Source: a virus
Lineage: Duplodnaviria > Heunggongvirae > Uroviricota > Caudoviricetes
Length of the DNA: 33,101 nucleotides
Virus record (IMG/VR): IMGVR_UViG_3300038412_000041
Direction: 5' to 3' (one strand)
Under the pieces are notes generated by a model, which was not told the origin of the DNA, did not search any database, and was given only the letters and a program-made list of their open reading frames with translations. Made by a program: the position numbers and the translations under genes. This document shows, one piece after another, positions 16,206 to 25,992 of this stretch; position 1 is the stretch's first letter, and each line of letters starts with the position of its first letter.

Positions 16206-17735
16206 TTACGACAATACCTCAGTTGATCCAAGAAGTGTACCAGTTGATCCAGTGCCTCCATATACAACTGAAGAAGCATTGTTACCCGATCCACTAGCAA
16301 ATACTCTGCCTGTATTCATATTTTTACCGTAAAAACTCCAAACACCATTGTTGTAAATCTCAGCACCTGCATAAACACTAGATGTTGTAGGACCACCAGC
16401 AACAACTAGAGAAGAACCTGTAGCAACGGAACCGACTCTTGCGTTATGTAGATTTGGTCCAGCAACCCATGTAGTACCATTATATGTTTCACTTGTGTTT
16501 AGAACTGAAGGTGTGTTGTCCTGTCCAGCAATAGCTATTGCATTGGTAGGATTTCCTAGACAACTTAGAAACTCTCTGGCTGACAACATTGATCCACCAG
16601 CAGTCCAAGAACCTCCATTATAAGTCTCGGTTGTAGCTATCGTAGAAGTTCCGTTATTTCCTCCAACTGCTAAAGTTGACGTATTGCTTCCAACTAAAGC
16701 TAGTCCTGATCTGGCAGTACCCATAGCAACTCCAGAAGTCCACGCAGTACCGTTGTAGGACTCGACTGCGGTAGTAGGAGTTGTTCCAGTATTTCCACCA
16801 GCACACAAGGCAGCAGTTGGAACACCAGTACCACCATGATTCTGTCTAGCAGTTATCAAAGAAGAACCAGAAGTCCACGAACCTGCATTGTATAGCTGAC
16901 TTGTCGAAACAACTGCGGAACCTGTATTACCACCAAAAGCTAAACTGGTGATGTTTGACCCACATGCTGCTAAAGCTGAAACAGAAGTAAGCATGTTTGA
17001 GCTTGTAGTCCAAGCAGGATTTGGCAGGATCATTGTAGTGTTCGTTATAGATTCGGCAGCAGACATACTTGCAGTCATTGCTAACCCGTAGTATACGGCA
17101 CCTATAGAAATGTTTCTGAACACCACGTTTGCAGGTGCTGCAAACTCTAAAAGTACACTAAAGTCGTTAACGTTAACGGTCAAATTAAAATTAGTGTAGA
17201 CCGTCACATCATAGTGACTTGTAGGAAACCACATTCCGCCTTGCCAAACTGGAGTACCAATACCAGGGTCACCCTCTGTTAAGAAATTATGGTACGTGTT
17301 ACCTGGTCCAACTTCTGCCCACAACTGTTGAATCTGCACCACCAAATCATTTGTAAAGCCTAAATAGTTTCCCCAAGATGGAGTTCCTTGTTCAACGAGA
17401 AACTGCACAGAGTGTTTAATAAACACGTTGTACACGTCTCTAGGCATATTTGATAGACCTGCATAACTCATACCGACTAGAGCAGCTAACGATCTTCTGG
17501 TTGATGTAGGATTCCACTCAATGCCGTTTGATTGGTAATCGTTACCATCAAGCATTGCTACACCTGTTTTGGCAGCTAACGCATCTGGATGGAAGTCGTT
17601 AACGTCTCGTATGTAGGAAAGTTTCTGTGTCGGTATATCAACATAATTTCCTAATACAGTATCTAAAGCATTAGCCAGATCAACCCAAACTGGATTGTCT
17701 TTCAAATATAGAGGTAGTCTGTCTGCGTAACCCAT
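16206..17735 (-). CDS. Baseplate wedge protein (gp7/gpI-like N-terminus) fused to a six-repeat Kelch-like beta-propeller, 509 aa
   Basis: Lies between the gp6-like and fibre genes; N-terminal RLP.YL......DL..ALD. From about 17020 to the end are six ~45-aa repeats W....M..AR......G......GG.......E.YNG. Confidence 0.8.
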   Translation of the reverse strand: MGYADRLPLYLKDNPVWVDLANALDTVLGNYVDIPTQKLSYIRDVNDFHPDALAAKTGVAMLDGNDYQSNGIEWNPTSTRRSLAALVGMSYAGLSNMPRDVYNVFIKHSVQFLVEQGTPSWGNYLGFTNDLVVQIQQLWAEVGPGNTYHNFLTEGDPGIGTPVWQGGMWFPTSHYDVTVYTNFNLTVNVNDFSVLLEFAAPANVVFRNISIGAVYYGLAMTASMSAAESITNTTMILPNPAWTTSSNMLTSVSALAACGSNITSLAFGGNTGSAVVSTSQLYNAGSWTSGSSLITARQNHGGTGVPTAALCAGGNTGTTPTTAVESYNGTAWTSGVAMGTARSGLALVGSNTSTLAVGGNNGTSTIATTETYNGGSWTAGGSMLSAREFLSCLGNPTNAIAIAGQDNTPSVLNTSETYNGTTWVAGPNLHNARVGSVATGSSLVVAGGPTTSSVYAGAEIYNNGVWSFYGKNMNTGRVFASGSGNNASSVVYGGTGSTGTLLGSTEVLS

Positions 17736-17736
17736 A

Positions 17737-19587
17737 TTAATTCAATCCTTGACTTCGACCGACAGCTATATTAGGAGTGACCACTATATTTGTACAGTTA
17801 GGATAGTAGATACCAAAACTATCTATCTGTGGTGGAACTACACTTGTATTTGGAGTACTCCAAGTATCAGTATATGAACTAGAGGAACCTGGTATCTGAG
17901 CTAACAAGCCAACATTACCAGAAGTACCTCTTATCACATAGATACGCACAAATTCATATCCACCAATAGGGTCCCAAGATACTTCTACGTTTGTACCTCC
18001 ACTAGCACTAACCGTATATGATATAGCGATAGGTAGAGACTCACCAGACGTTGTTGTTGCACTAGCTGAGATAGCTGACGCACCAGGAGTATACGCAGAT
18101 ATTCCAGAAACAAAGTATGTAAGGTAGGTTCCGCCAACGGAAGAGCCAGTGCCTAATGCAGTCTCTACTACATTCAAGTCTGTTAGATTAAACGAAGTAG
18201 CAAGATCAGAAGTAGGGCCTAGCAACTTTGTGTATTGTATTGCAGGATCAGATTGCATTGCTGCATTAGTTATATCTGACATATACACAGTTTGACCTAT
18301 ACTACCAAGACCTAAAGCAGTATATGTTTGCAATGCGTTTTCCGCATTAGTCTGAGCTTGAACCAAGTCTGCTGTAGGATCGCAAAAAATAGACATTTGA
18401 ATCTGATAATTTACAGGGACTGGCGTAACGAAATATAGATTTGTAGAATCCATACTTCTAGCTTCAAACCAATCCTTAAAATTCTGTTGTTGCGTTGTAT
18501 TCCAAACAGACGTTGTTAAAAGCGCCGTCCTTATTGCATTCATGTATGTAACAATATTAGGAGCTACTGTTCTCTGACCGTCAAGCTTTGCATCAATAAC
18601 GCCAGGGTATGTAACGGCTACAGCATTGTATTCTGCATTGTTGACTGCTCTATCAAAAGCAGCGAACAAAGCAGGGCCAACCTTCTGATATGTTGACGGA
18701 TTTGCTTGATCTGCTCCACCTACCAAACCAGAAGTAGCTACTGCTGTTATGTAGTTGGCATTGGAATTGTAGGTTATAGTTGTTCCGTTGAATGACGGGT
18801 TGTTACCCAATACACCATTACAAGTAGCATACGTAATGCTAACTGTTTCATTAGGTCCAGGCATTGTGGCAAAATTGTTATTACCAAAGTTTAGTTCTAG
18901 TTGACCTAACTTAGTTGTTCTATCTTGTACAGCCGGTTGAGGAGCAGTAAGAGTATTTGTACCTGCACTAACTGAAACTGCTGCTGCATAATGCCACAAA
19001 CCATCAGTAACTACAGGTATGTCTGAACCAGCTATGGATACCTGAACATCAACATCTGAAACGGTAAAGCTCTGATCTGTTGAAATAAACGTTTGAAATG
19101 GATTACCAGTACCTTGTACTTGTGCGTTAACTACAGTACCCAAATATAAATTTACTGACTGTGAGGTTTGTGTAGATGAAAATAGTATTGCTGTTCTATT
19201 GAACAAAGCACCTGATGGTGAATTAAATACAGAGTATGCAGGAATTGCATAAGGCAGCCCATCATTTGGTTTTGTTATAGTGACAGTACACGTAGCAGGA
19301 ATCTTTCTAGTAAGCCTAACCGCATCCATACGCATTGCAGCAAAGATGCTGGATTTTAGACGTGCTGTATTAGGAAAAGCTTCTTGCAAGGCACGTTCAT
19401 TTGCAAATATTGCAAATGTAGTATTGGTTGCTATAAACTCTAGCAGAGATTGGCCTGTACTATCTGCCAACATGTCCTGCCAAATAGTTCTTGTTGGAGT
19501 GTTTGAAGATACAAGTTCAGCCTGCAAATCAGCAACAAGCTGCTGTATATCTACACGAACAAGACTTGTGTTAGCATTAGTTGCCAT
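17737..19587 (-). CDS. Baseplate wedge protein (T4 gp6 / P2 gpJ-like) with C-terminal FN3-like extension, 616 aa
   Basis: STGQ.LLEFIA......ANERALQEAFP.TARL.SSI...; FDRAV...EY..V...YPGV.DA; located directly downstream of gp25. Confidence 0.88.
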   Translation of the reverse strand: MATNANTSLVRVDIQQLVADLQAELVSSNTPTRTIWQDMLADSTGQSLLEFIATNTTFAIFANERALQEAFPNTARLKSSIFAAMRMDAVRLTRKIPATCTVTITKPNDGLPYAIPAYSVFNSPSGALFNRTAILFSSTQTSQSVNLYLGTVVNAQVQGTGNPFQTFISTDQSFTVSDVDVQVSIAGSDIPVVTDGLWHYAAAVSVSAGTNTLTAPQPAVQDRTTKLGQLELNFGNNNFATMPGPNETVSITYATCNGVLGNNPSFNGTTITYNSNANYITAVATSGLVGGADQANPSTYQKVGPALFAAFDRAVNNAEYNAVAVTYPGVIDAKLDGQRTVAPNIVTYMNAIRTALLTTSVWNTTQQQNFKDWFEARSMDSTNLYFVTPVPVNYQIQMSIFCDPTADLVQAQTNAENALQTYTALGLGSIGQTVYMSDITNAAMQSDPAIQYTKLLGPTSDLATSFNLTDLNVVETALGTGSSVGGTYLTYFVSGISAYTPGASAISASATTTSGESLPIAISYTVSASGGTNVEVSWDPIGGYEFVRIYVIRGTSGNVGLLAQIPGSSSSYTDTWSTPNTSVVPPQIDSFGIYYPNCTNIVVTPNIAVGRSQGLN

Positions 19588-19591
19588 CGTA

Positions 19592-19975
19592 TTACCTCAA
19601 GAAAGAGAAGGATGCTGTATCGGTTATTCCGCTTTGTACTATGGTATATCCGACCTGAACATCATAGCCGCTACCGCTTTGAGATATAGCCACAGTTGTT
19701 AAGTTAGGAATTATTGTTATGCGTTTTTCCCACTTGCGTATTGCTTGAATTATTCCTATACGTATTGCACTTGCCGTTGATACACTTATATTTCTCCACA
19801 ACAAGATAGGTAAGATAGAACCAAAGGTTGGATTCCAACCACGACTACCAATAGGGCACCGCAATATGTTGTAGATCGAACCGTGTATATCATCGGCATC
19901 TGTAAGAATGAACGGTTTTCCATTTATCCCTACTTGTCCATTTAAGTCTGTCCAGGTTGGTTTATCAGACATCAT
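19592..19975 (-). CDS. Baseplate wedge subunit (T4 gp25 / GPW_gp25 family), 127 aa
   Basis: I.GSI.NIL.CPIGSR..NP.FGS.L..LL...I..AI.KWE.RI. Confidence 0.92.
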   Translation of the reverse strand: MMSDKPTWTDLNGQVGINGKPFILTDADDIHGSIYNILRCPIGSRGWNPTFGSILPILLWRNISVSTASAIRIGIIQAIRKWEKRITIIPNLTTVAISQSGSGYDVQVGYTIVQSGITDTASFSFLR

Positions 19976-19983
19976 TTAACCTC

Positions 19984-20256
19984 TTATGCTGTAGTTATAT
20001 TTGGCGCAAAATTTCCATTCAACGTAGCTCCACAACCTGTAACTGAACCAGCGATAGCCAAGGCTTTTCCATTTGATATACTATTGGATGCACCTGTAAG
20101 TATTGCAGTAACACCGTGGCCGCTTATAGGACATGAGTGCAAATCACCTACAACACATACAGCACCAGCAGCAGTTAAAAGGTGCGTGCCACTAGCTGAC
20201 GTAACTGTACCACCATGACTAGAGGTTGTACCTAATATAGCTACTTGAGAAGGCAT
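19984..20256 (-). CDS. PAAR-family spike tip protein, about 90 aa
   Basis: A.LG..SSHGG.V..AS...VGDLHSCPI.GHG...I...NGK..A..G..TGCGA.L with His/Cys zinc ligands. ATG 20256 is preferred over TTG 20262. Confidence 0.9.
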   Translation of the reverse strand: MPSQVAILGTTSSHGGTVTSASGTHLLTAAGAVCVVGDLHSCPISGHGVTAILTGASNSISNGKALAIAGSVTGCGATLNGNFAPNITTA

Positions 20257-20271
20257 AATCAATATATCCTA

Positions 20272-20844
20272 TTAAGCAACAGTAAGCGTACCATTAACGT
20301 TAAGGTTCTGATCCATTATAATGTTGTCCGTAAACGTTACTGGTCCAGTATGTGTCCAATTAGGTGCTTTTGTTGTCAAATTACCTGCAAAATCTATAGT
20401 TCCACTTCCATCAGGATTTATATGTATCACTGTGCCTGAACTATGAGAAAACTCAAAGTCTTTAGTTAACCTATCAAAGTAAAAGAAAGACCCATCTGGA
20501 AAAGCTCTGCCAACTCTGTTAGGGTAGTTTGTCTGGAACACACTAATTACTTGTGCAGGTGTCAGAACAGTAGATGTATACATTGGCATATGTGGGTCAC
20601 CATTCTGAAACTTTACGACAACTATACTACCTACCAATGGTATATCTTGGCTTCCAGCAGGTGCTACATGACCACCACCACTAGCATCCGACTTAATACA
20701 CCAAGGTAAATCAGCATCAACAACATTGTCATGACGAACAGGTATGCGAACTTGCAATCTCTGTAGATATAAAGGATCAGAGTTGGAAACTACTGTCCCC
20801 AACATTTCTCCATCTAATCCTGTTCCGCTCTTTATAGTTTCCAT
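20272..20844 (-). CDS. Baseplate central spike (gp5/gpV OB-fold plus short beta-helix, no lysozyme), 190 aa
   Basis: G.VV.N.DP..L.R.QVRIP..H......LPW...IP.VGS.V.V.F.NGDP..P.Y; immediately upstream of PAAR. Confidence 0.9.
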   Translation of the reverse strand: METIKSGTGLDGEMLGTVVSNSDPLYLQRLQVRIPVRHDNVVDADLPWCIKSDASGGGHVAPAGSQDIPLVGSIVVVKFQNGDPHMPMYTSTVLTPAQVISVFQTNYPNRVGRAFPDGSFFYFDRLTKDFEFSHSSGTVIHINPDGSGTIDFAGNLTTKAPNWTHTGPVTFTDNIIMDQNLNVNGTLTVA

Positions 20845-22011
20845 TTATAAGTCCCTTTGAGCGTTCTCTGGGTCTTGTCCATGGCCTGCTCTAATGAGTG
20901 ATAACTTCTCACAATATATAGCATTTGGTCCGGCATAGACTACCTTTGAATCTACAAAGTAATAACCGTCTGTATCAGTGTCGTGGTAAGGCCTACCGTC
21001 AGCCAATGAAGGAACTCTTGCTTTAACTTGAACTGCATCAAACAAATCAATATTAGTCTTACCCATATTAAGAGTGGTAAGTCTTGTAGAGTTTGCCTTA
21101 ATTAATCTCTTATTCTGGTATATAGCAGTGTTGTAATTTGGGTGTGTATTTCCACAATCAATAGAACTAAACTCAATCTTTCTTCCATCTACTAACAAAC
21201 CCTTTACTTCAGCATTCATGCTTAGTATAGGAGCATTTCTTGAGTGTTGCACTGTGGTTTGATAATCTAAAGTAGGGTTGTTGCTCAATACAGACTGGTT
21301 TTGCTGTGTGCCATGATAAGCACCTTTATAATTCATAAAGCCACTTACAGACTTAACTTTCCAGTCAAGTACAGGTACGAAACTACCGTCCGTTGTCATT
21401 TCACCAAGTACGAGTTGTGGAATGGTAGGACTATACTTATACTCACCTACATTCTTATATCTAAGCGTACCATCATGTGATACACCTATAAGAAAAGAGG
21501 ACAAGTTAGAGTTCCAACCAGCACTAGCTATTAAATTAGCAAACGCACACCACTTTAATCCAGCAGGTATCCAAGTCATTGAGTCTTGGGATGAATCACC
21601 TTGATACTTCATGCCACAAGCATTGGCAATTACTGATAAAGCGCCTTGACTTGAATCTGTAATAGACGCAGTACTTGTACCTCCAAAGAATAGAGGATAA
21701 TCCATGTAGAGGACTAGTCTTACATTGCTACCTGTAGAGTCGGCATGAATGTTCGGAAGAAACAAACGCATGTTATATGTGGCAGCTACTTCTCTACTTG
21801 GACCTATTGTCAATACAACAGGCAAACCATCGCTTGTTGTCACCAACTTTTTAAATATACCTGCTGGGTCAGATAGTGATATATCAGCAACAGGTAGATA
21901 CTGGTTTCTACCACTAACTACAAAAGCATAGTTCAGCACCATATTTTGATCAGGTGTCAAATCAACTGAACCAGCAGTAATGTCCAGATATAAATGCTCT
22001 GTACTTATCAT
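20845..22011 (-). CDS. Baseplate hub protein (T4 gp27 / P2 gpD-like), 388 aa
   Basis: Position between gp53-like and spike genes, size, A..CG..Y..D...D.MTW pattern, and C-terminal GYY.V...... Confidence 0.7.
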   Translation of the reverse strand: MISTEHLYLDITAGSVDLTPDQNMVLNYAFVVSGRNQYLPVADISLSDPAGIFKKLVTTSDGLPVVLTIGPSREVAATYNMRLFLPNIHADSTGSNVRLVLYMDYPLFFGGTSTASITDSSQGALSVIANACGMKYQGDSSQDSMTWIPAGLKWCAFANLIASAGWNSNLSSFLIGVSHDGTLRYKNVGEYKYSPTIPQLVLGEMTTDGSFVPVLDWKVKSVSGFMNYKGAYHGTQQNQSVLSNNPTLDYQTTVQHSRNAPILSMNAEVKGLLVDGRKIEFSSIDCGNTHPNYNTAIYQNKRLIKANSTRLTTLNMGKTNIDLFDAVQVKARVPSLADGRPYHDTDTDGYYFVDSKVVYAGPNAIYCEKLSLIRAGHGQDPENAQRDL

Positions 22012-22370
22012 AGTGTAACTACCTGACCAACTTGGTTTACACCTTGTGAGCCAACAACAGAAGCAGCTAAAAATGCCTGAACACTATCAAAAGATGGTAT
22101 GCCCCAAGAATCTCCAGGTATCATATCAGTCATCGGGTTTATCACACCATTGATCCAGCACAGTACCCACCAAAAATCAGTGGTTCCATAAAACTTATAG
22201 CTTAATAGCTCTGGAAAAGGACAATCAGAAGCTTTAAGCGTATAGAGTTGAGTAATGTTAAATGTTGTAATGTCAGGAGTTAGATAGCCTGCTTGCAACC
22301 AATCAGCAATCTTGTACAGACCGTATTGCCTGTCATAAACATAAACAACTGGCACAAATTGCGCTCTCAT
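22008..22370 (-). CDS. Baseplate protein (T4 gp53 / LysM-like), 120 aa
   Basis: PELLSYKFYGT.DFWWVLC.INGVINP...G....IPS. Confidence 0.85.
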   Translation of the reverse strand: MRAQFVPVVYVYDRQYGLYKIADWLQAGYLTPDITTFNITQLYTLKASDCPFPELLSYKFYGTTDFWWVLCWINGVINPMTDMIPGDSWGIPSFDSVQAFLAASVVGSQGVNQVGQVVTL

Positions 22371-22371
22371 T

Positions 22372-23472
22372 TTATGCTAACCCACTTAGAGTGTTCATTA
22401 CGTTTGAAGCGGCAGAGGCAACTGAGCTATTACCAAATAGACTGCCAAAGCCACCACTGAGGTTTGCTTGGTTTTGCTTTAGTGGTGTAGGACCAGAAAC
22501 CAAGAACCAGGACTTTACGTCCTCTATCGTCGGATTATTGTGAGTAGCTATTTCCAAAGTTACAGTTATGGATACTGGTATGTTGTCTCTAGTCATCAAT
22601 ACCTTAAAATTATTGGAAACGCCAGTCACAACTACCGAAGGTATCAATAGATACTGTCCAATGATAAGAGATATTTCTCCATCAAAGGAGAATGATTTTT
22701 GCAAAGCACTGAGACCTTCTTTGATAGCAGTAGTTGCACCTGCAGTTTTTGGCACACTGTTTGGAGGAGTTGCCGCTCCAGATATTGCTTGATAATTAAA
22801 AACGGATTCTGCATCATAACTAGGCAAAAACCCTAAAGCATTTTGTACAATGGTTGTTGGATTAAGAAAATTCTCTATGGATGAACCTATAGCAGTCAAT
22901 GAGTTTGTCAAATCTTGGGCGAGCTTCATTTTTGGACCAGGAGCCGTAAAGAAACCTGCTGCGTCTCTAGATGGCAACACTAAAGTATAAATATCAACCA
23001 GCGTCTCTATCAGATTTACAGGTCCAGTATCAGCGACAAACGTTATCGGAAGATTAAACGTTACAGGTGAAGAACCAGTCCAAAATTGTGTACTCATGCC
23101 TTGAGTAACAAACTTTTTCCCAAGTAATGTACCTAAGACGTTAGCTGCACTAGCCAAACCATTGTCAGAGAAAGGTTGACTCCACTCCGAGCGAAAGTCG
23201 TAACTTAACTCATCAGGCAGACTACCACTAATTGTTATGCCTCTATTTGGATCGGTCTGTGTATCATCTGTAGGTCCACTTCTAACTATAGTTACAAGAT
23301 ACTCAGGACGTAACTCTGGTTTCACAAAGTCGGCAGGGTATGTGGCAGACTTTGCGTTTGTATTCAAACCTAGAGCAGACGTAATTGGGCTAAGTAGTTG
23401 TTGTCCTCCACTACTTATTAGTGATCCACCTGCTTGAAACAATCCGCCAGTTATCGTGTCTAATATTCCCAT
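22372..23472 (-). CDS. Tail-tube initiator / baseplate-tube junction protein (gp48/gp54-like), 366 aa
   Basis: W.GS.P..FNL...F, ISL.IG.YL....VV..VS..F......P.S..V.L; follows the tape measure gene. Confidence 0.65.
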   Translation of the reverse strand: MGILDTITGGLFQAGGSLISSGGQQLLSPITSALGLNTNAKSATYPADFVKPELRPEYLVTIVRSGPTDDTQTDPNRGITISGSLPDELSYDFRSEWSQPFSDNGLASAANVLGTLLGKKFVTQGMSTQFWTGSSPVTFNLPITFVADTGPVNLIETLVDIYTLVLPSRDAAGFFTAPGPKMKLAQDLTNSLTAIGSSIENFLNPTTIVQNALGFLPSYDAESVFNYQAISGAATPPNSVPKTAGATTAIKEGLSALQKSFSFDGEISLIIGQYLLIPSVVVTGVSNNFKVLMTRDNIPVSITVTLEIATHNNPTIEDVKSWFLVSGPTPLKQNQANLSGGFGSLFGNSSVASAASNVMNTLSGLA

Positions 23473-25835
23473 TATGCGAATACTCCAGGAGTATTTAGTA
23501 TCAATAAGCCTTCATCAGATACAAAGCTTGGTATGGCGCTCAAATTCAACGTGCTTCCAGTTGGCATCAACACAGGTGCTTGTGTGGTTGCAGGAGTTGA
23601 GGCTTCTGGTGCTGCTTGTTCTTTAGCAACTGCACTTTCTCTGTTGTATTTAACTTCTGGTGTAGTAGAAGCAGTTGCTTGAGGTGCACCATTATATGCT
23701 GCATTATAAGCCGCAACTTTTGCAGAGGTAACCATATTGTCACCGTGCGACAGCTTATCGTATACTTGAGTGAAAGTCCTATGTGATCCGTCCTTATTAA
23801 AGAATAGCTCAGGATTGCTTTTTGCTGCATCTGGATATTTTGCAGCAGCATCACCAGTAGGATTACTCAAAACACTCTTTAAAAAGTCTTTTGCCCCTGA
23901 AGCTCCGAGAAAATGAGACATATATAGATTTTCAGGTGTAGCTTCAATTCCAGAGGCTGCCAATGATGCCTGGTTATTCTTTATTAATTGCGCTGCCATG
24001 ATAGCATTAGCTCTAGGATCGTTCTTATCACCAATACCGATTCCATAAGTTGAACCATACAAACGAACCATGTCAGCCCATGTCTTATCAGTAAACTGGT
24101 AAAGACCTGATGCAGAACTACGAGGATTTTTGGCATTGCTGTCAAACTTGGATTCTGTGTTTGCTATAGCCATCATCAGACCAGGATCAATACCTACAGT
24201 TTTAGCTGCTGATAATATAGCATCTGATATTTGTGATCCTGGTTTTGGAAGACCCATCTTTGATAATGACTGCACACCGTAAGCTGATGTTGCTGCACCT
24301 TGTTTTTCTTTGTCTGCTTGTGCTTTTTTGATGCGTTCTTTTATTTCTGCCTGTATAACCTCATCACTAATAGCATTTGGATTTTCTGCATCAGCATAAA
24401 GATAATGCAACAGACTATCCAAAGCTTTACTATCTCCTCTAGCAGCGGCGTCATCAATTTGGCTTTCTAAAGTCTTGTGCGACTCATAAGCAGCAATAAC
24501 ACCTGCTAAAGCTATACCTATAGGTGTTGCAGCAAATGAAGCTAAAGCAGCAACAAACTTACCTACTTTTCCAAGTAAACCAGATAGCGTGACAAATGCA
24601 GAGCCTTCAAGTAGTGTCTTGAAAAAGTCACCTACTTTGTTAACTCCAGACCACACTTTATCTAACAAAAAGGATAGACCAGAAACAAGTCCTCCAACCA
24701 AACCACCGAACGTCCCACCTTTACCACTCTTACCTCCAGTAAGTTTGTGTTTGGCGTCTTCTGCTGTTACCTCTGCTTTTCTGTTAGATTCTTCTTGCAA
24801 ATCTGCATTAGTCTTGCCTTGATTTCGGATTTCCTCCAAAACCTTCTTGCTTTCTTTTAGTTCTTCAATGATTTTAGATACAGGGACTCTACCAGCTTCC
24901 AAATCTTCATTTTCACGAAGTCTTTCTCCAGCCCTCTTCAATTCTTCCATCAAGTGTGGATGGGCATAGTTACCACCACCTACACTCCCAGAAGAACCAC
25001 GTTTAGTAGATTTGTCGGACTTAGTAGCAGGTTGTTCTTCCAATTCTACAACGTCTTCTACTTCTTGTTGTTGCCTACCACCATGTTGATCTTCTAATTC
25101 ACTCTTTAGCTTTTCTCCGTACTTTTCAGACTTTTTAAGGGCACGACGATTAAAGAAATTCTTAAAGTACTTTTCAGTATCCGTTACTTGGTTCAACGCA
25201 CCTACTAAATAACCAGCAGGACCAAACAAAGACATTAGACCAAACTTGAATGCTGAGTTATGTGCTTTACCTAAAGCTTCTGCCCTACTGATTGCTTTAT
25301 CTTCAAAGGCGCGACGTTTATCTTCTACTTTTTCAATACCTTCACTAAAAGCGTCAGTCAAACCTTCAAGAAATTTCGTTCTTTCTCTAGTGGCCTCATC
25401 TGCTGCTTTACGTGATGTTGGATTAGCACCTTCCAAAAGCTTCTTATCTGTAACTGTTGCTTCTACGCGGTTGTATTCCTTAAACCATTGAACCATTGCT
25501 TGCTTTGAAATGGTGCCCTTCTCAAGTTCATAACCACGTTTGAGAAGGGCTTTCATAGTTTCAGTATCTTTCTTATCAAGCTGTTGGTTTGTAGAAACAG
25601 CCTGATAGATTGCTTCCATTGCTTTTACATACTTGGAGAGACCTTCTCTCGTAATAGTATCAGCAAACTGTGTGTCCTTTACTCGCTTTCTTTCAGTATT
25701 GGGCGTTTTGTTTGAGTCTTGTTGTCCCTGACTAGAAGGATTTTCACCCGTTGCTTGAAAAACGGTGTCTTCCACCTTCTTACCAAGAAGATGTTTTCTG
25801 TAACCACTTAGACTTTTACTTCCGTTTTTCCGCAT
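23472..25835 (-). CDS. Tape-measure-like protein with C-terminal lytic transglycosylase (SLT) domain, about 787 aa
   Basis: Helical N-terminal region. SLT motifs AIANTESKF, SASGLYQF..TW, LYMSHFLG (about 23750-24235). Start is likely ATG 25835 (GGAG 7 nt upstream), not TTG 25874. Confidence 0.82.
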   Translation of the reverse strand: MRKNGSKSLSGYRKHLLGKKVEDTVFQATGENPSSQGQQDSNKTPNTERKRVKDTQFADTITREGLSKYVKAMEAIYQAVSTNQQLDKKDTETMKALLKRGYELEKGTISKQAMVQWFKEYNRVEATVTDKKLLEGANPTSRKAADEATRERTKFLEGLTDAFSEGIEKVEDKRRAFEDKAISRAEALGKAHNSAFKFGLMSLFGPAGYLVGALNQVTDTEKYFKNFFNRRALKKSEKYGEKLKSELEDQHGGRQQQEVEDVVELEEQPATKSDKSTKRGSSGSVGGGNYAHPHLMEELKRAGERLRENEDLEAGRVPVSKIIEELKESKKVLEEIRNQGKTNADLQEESNRKAEVTAEDAKHKLTGGKSGKGGTFGGLVGGLVSGLSFLLDKVWSGVNKVGDFFKTLLEGSAFVTLSGLLGKVGKFVAALASFAATPIGIALAGVIAAYESHKTLESQIDDAAARGDSKALDSLLHYLYADAENPNAISDEVIQAEIKERIKKAQADKEKQGAATSAYGVQSLSKMGLPKPGSQISDAILSAAKTVGIDPGLMMAIANTESKFDSNAKNPRSSASGLYQFTDKTWADMVRLYGSTYGIGIGDKNDPRANAIMAAQLIKNNQASLAASGIEATPENLYMSHFLGASGAKDFLKSVLSNPTGDAAAKYPDAAKSNPELFFNKDGSHRTFTQVYDKLSHGDNMVTSAKVAAYNAAYNGAPQATASTTPEVKYNRESAVAKEQAAPEASTPATTQAPVLMPTGSTLNLSAIPSFVSDEGLLILNTPGVFA

Positions 25836-25836
25836 C

Positions 25837-25992
25837 TTATTTCTCCATTTGGTCTGCTCTTTCCTTCTTTGCAATATCCGCTCTATGCATCAACACTTTA
25901 AAATCTATGGAATAATCCACGTTGATACCCCAGTGCGACATTACATTGAGCATCATGTTCTCAAGAGTTTCGTAGTTTACGACCGGGTAAAA
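25837..25992 (-). CDS. Unannotated chaperone-associated frame (gp51 / lambda-T-like); expressed by +1 frameshift or from ATG 25956/25953
   Basis: Open frame FYPVVNYETLENMMLNVMSHWGINVDYSIDFKVLMHRADIAKKERADQMEK* fills the gap and stops 1 nt before the tape-measure ATG. Confidence 0.65.
   Translation of the reverse strand, partial: FYPVVNYETLENMMLNVMSHWGINVDYSIDFKVLMHRADIAKKERADQMEK

Noticed and set aside
9830-17735. Eukaryotic or giant-virus origin suggested by collagen-like, Kelch and P4H-like genes
   Set aside because: Shine-Dalgarno sites, operon coupling and a complete myovirus tail module indicate a bacteriophage.
19592-19975. 'Lysozyme' label often attached to gp25-family proteins
   Set aside because: gp25 is a structural sheath-initiating wedge subunit, and no catalytic motif is visible.
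25836-25874. TTG start at 25874 for the tape measure (800 aa in the ORF track)
   Set aside because: ATG 25835 has GGAG at good spacing and follows the stop of the overlapping small frame; the TTG start lacks an RBS.
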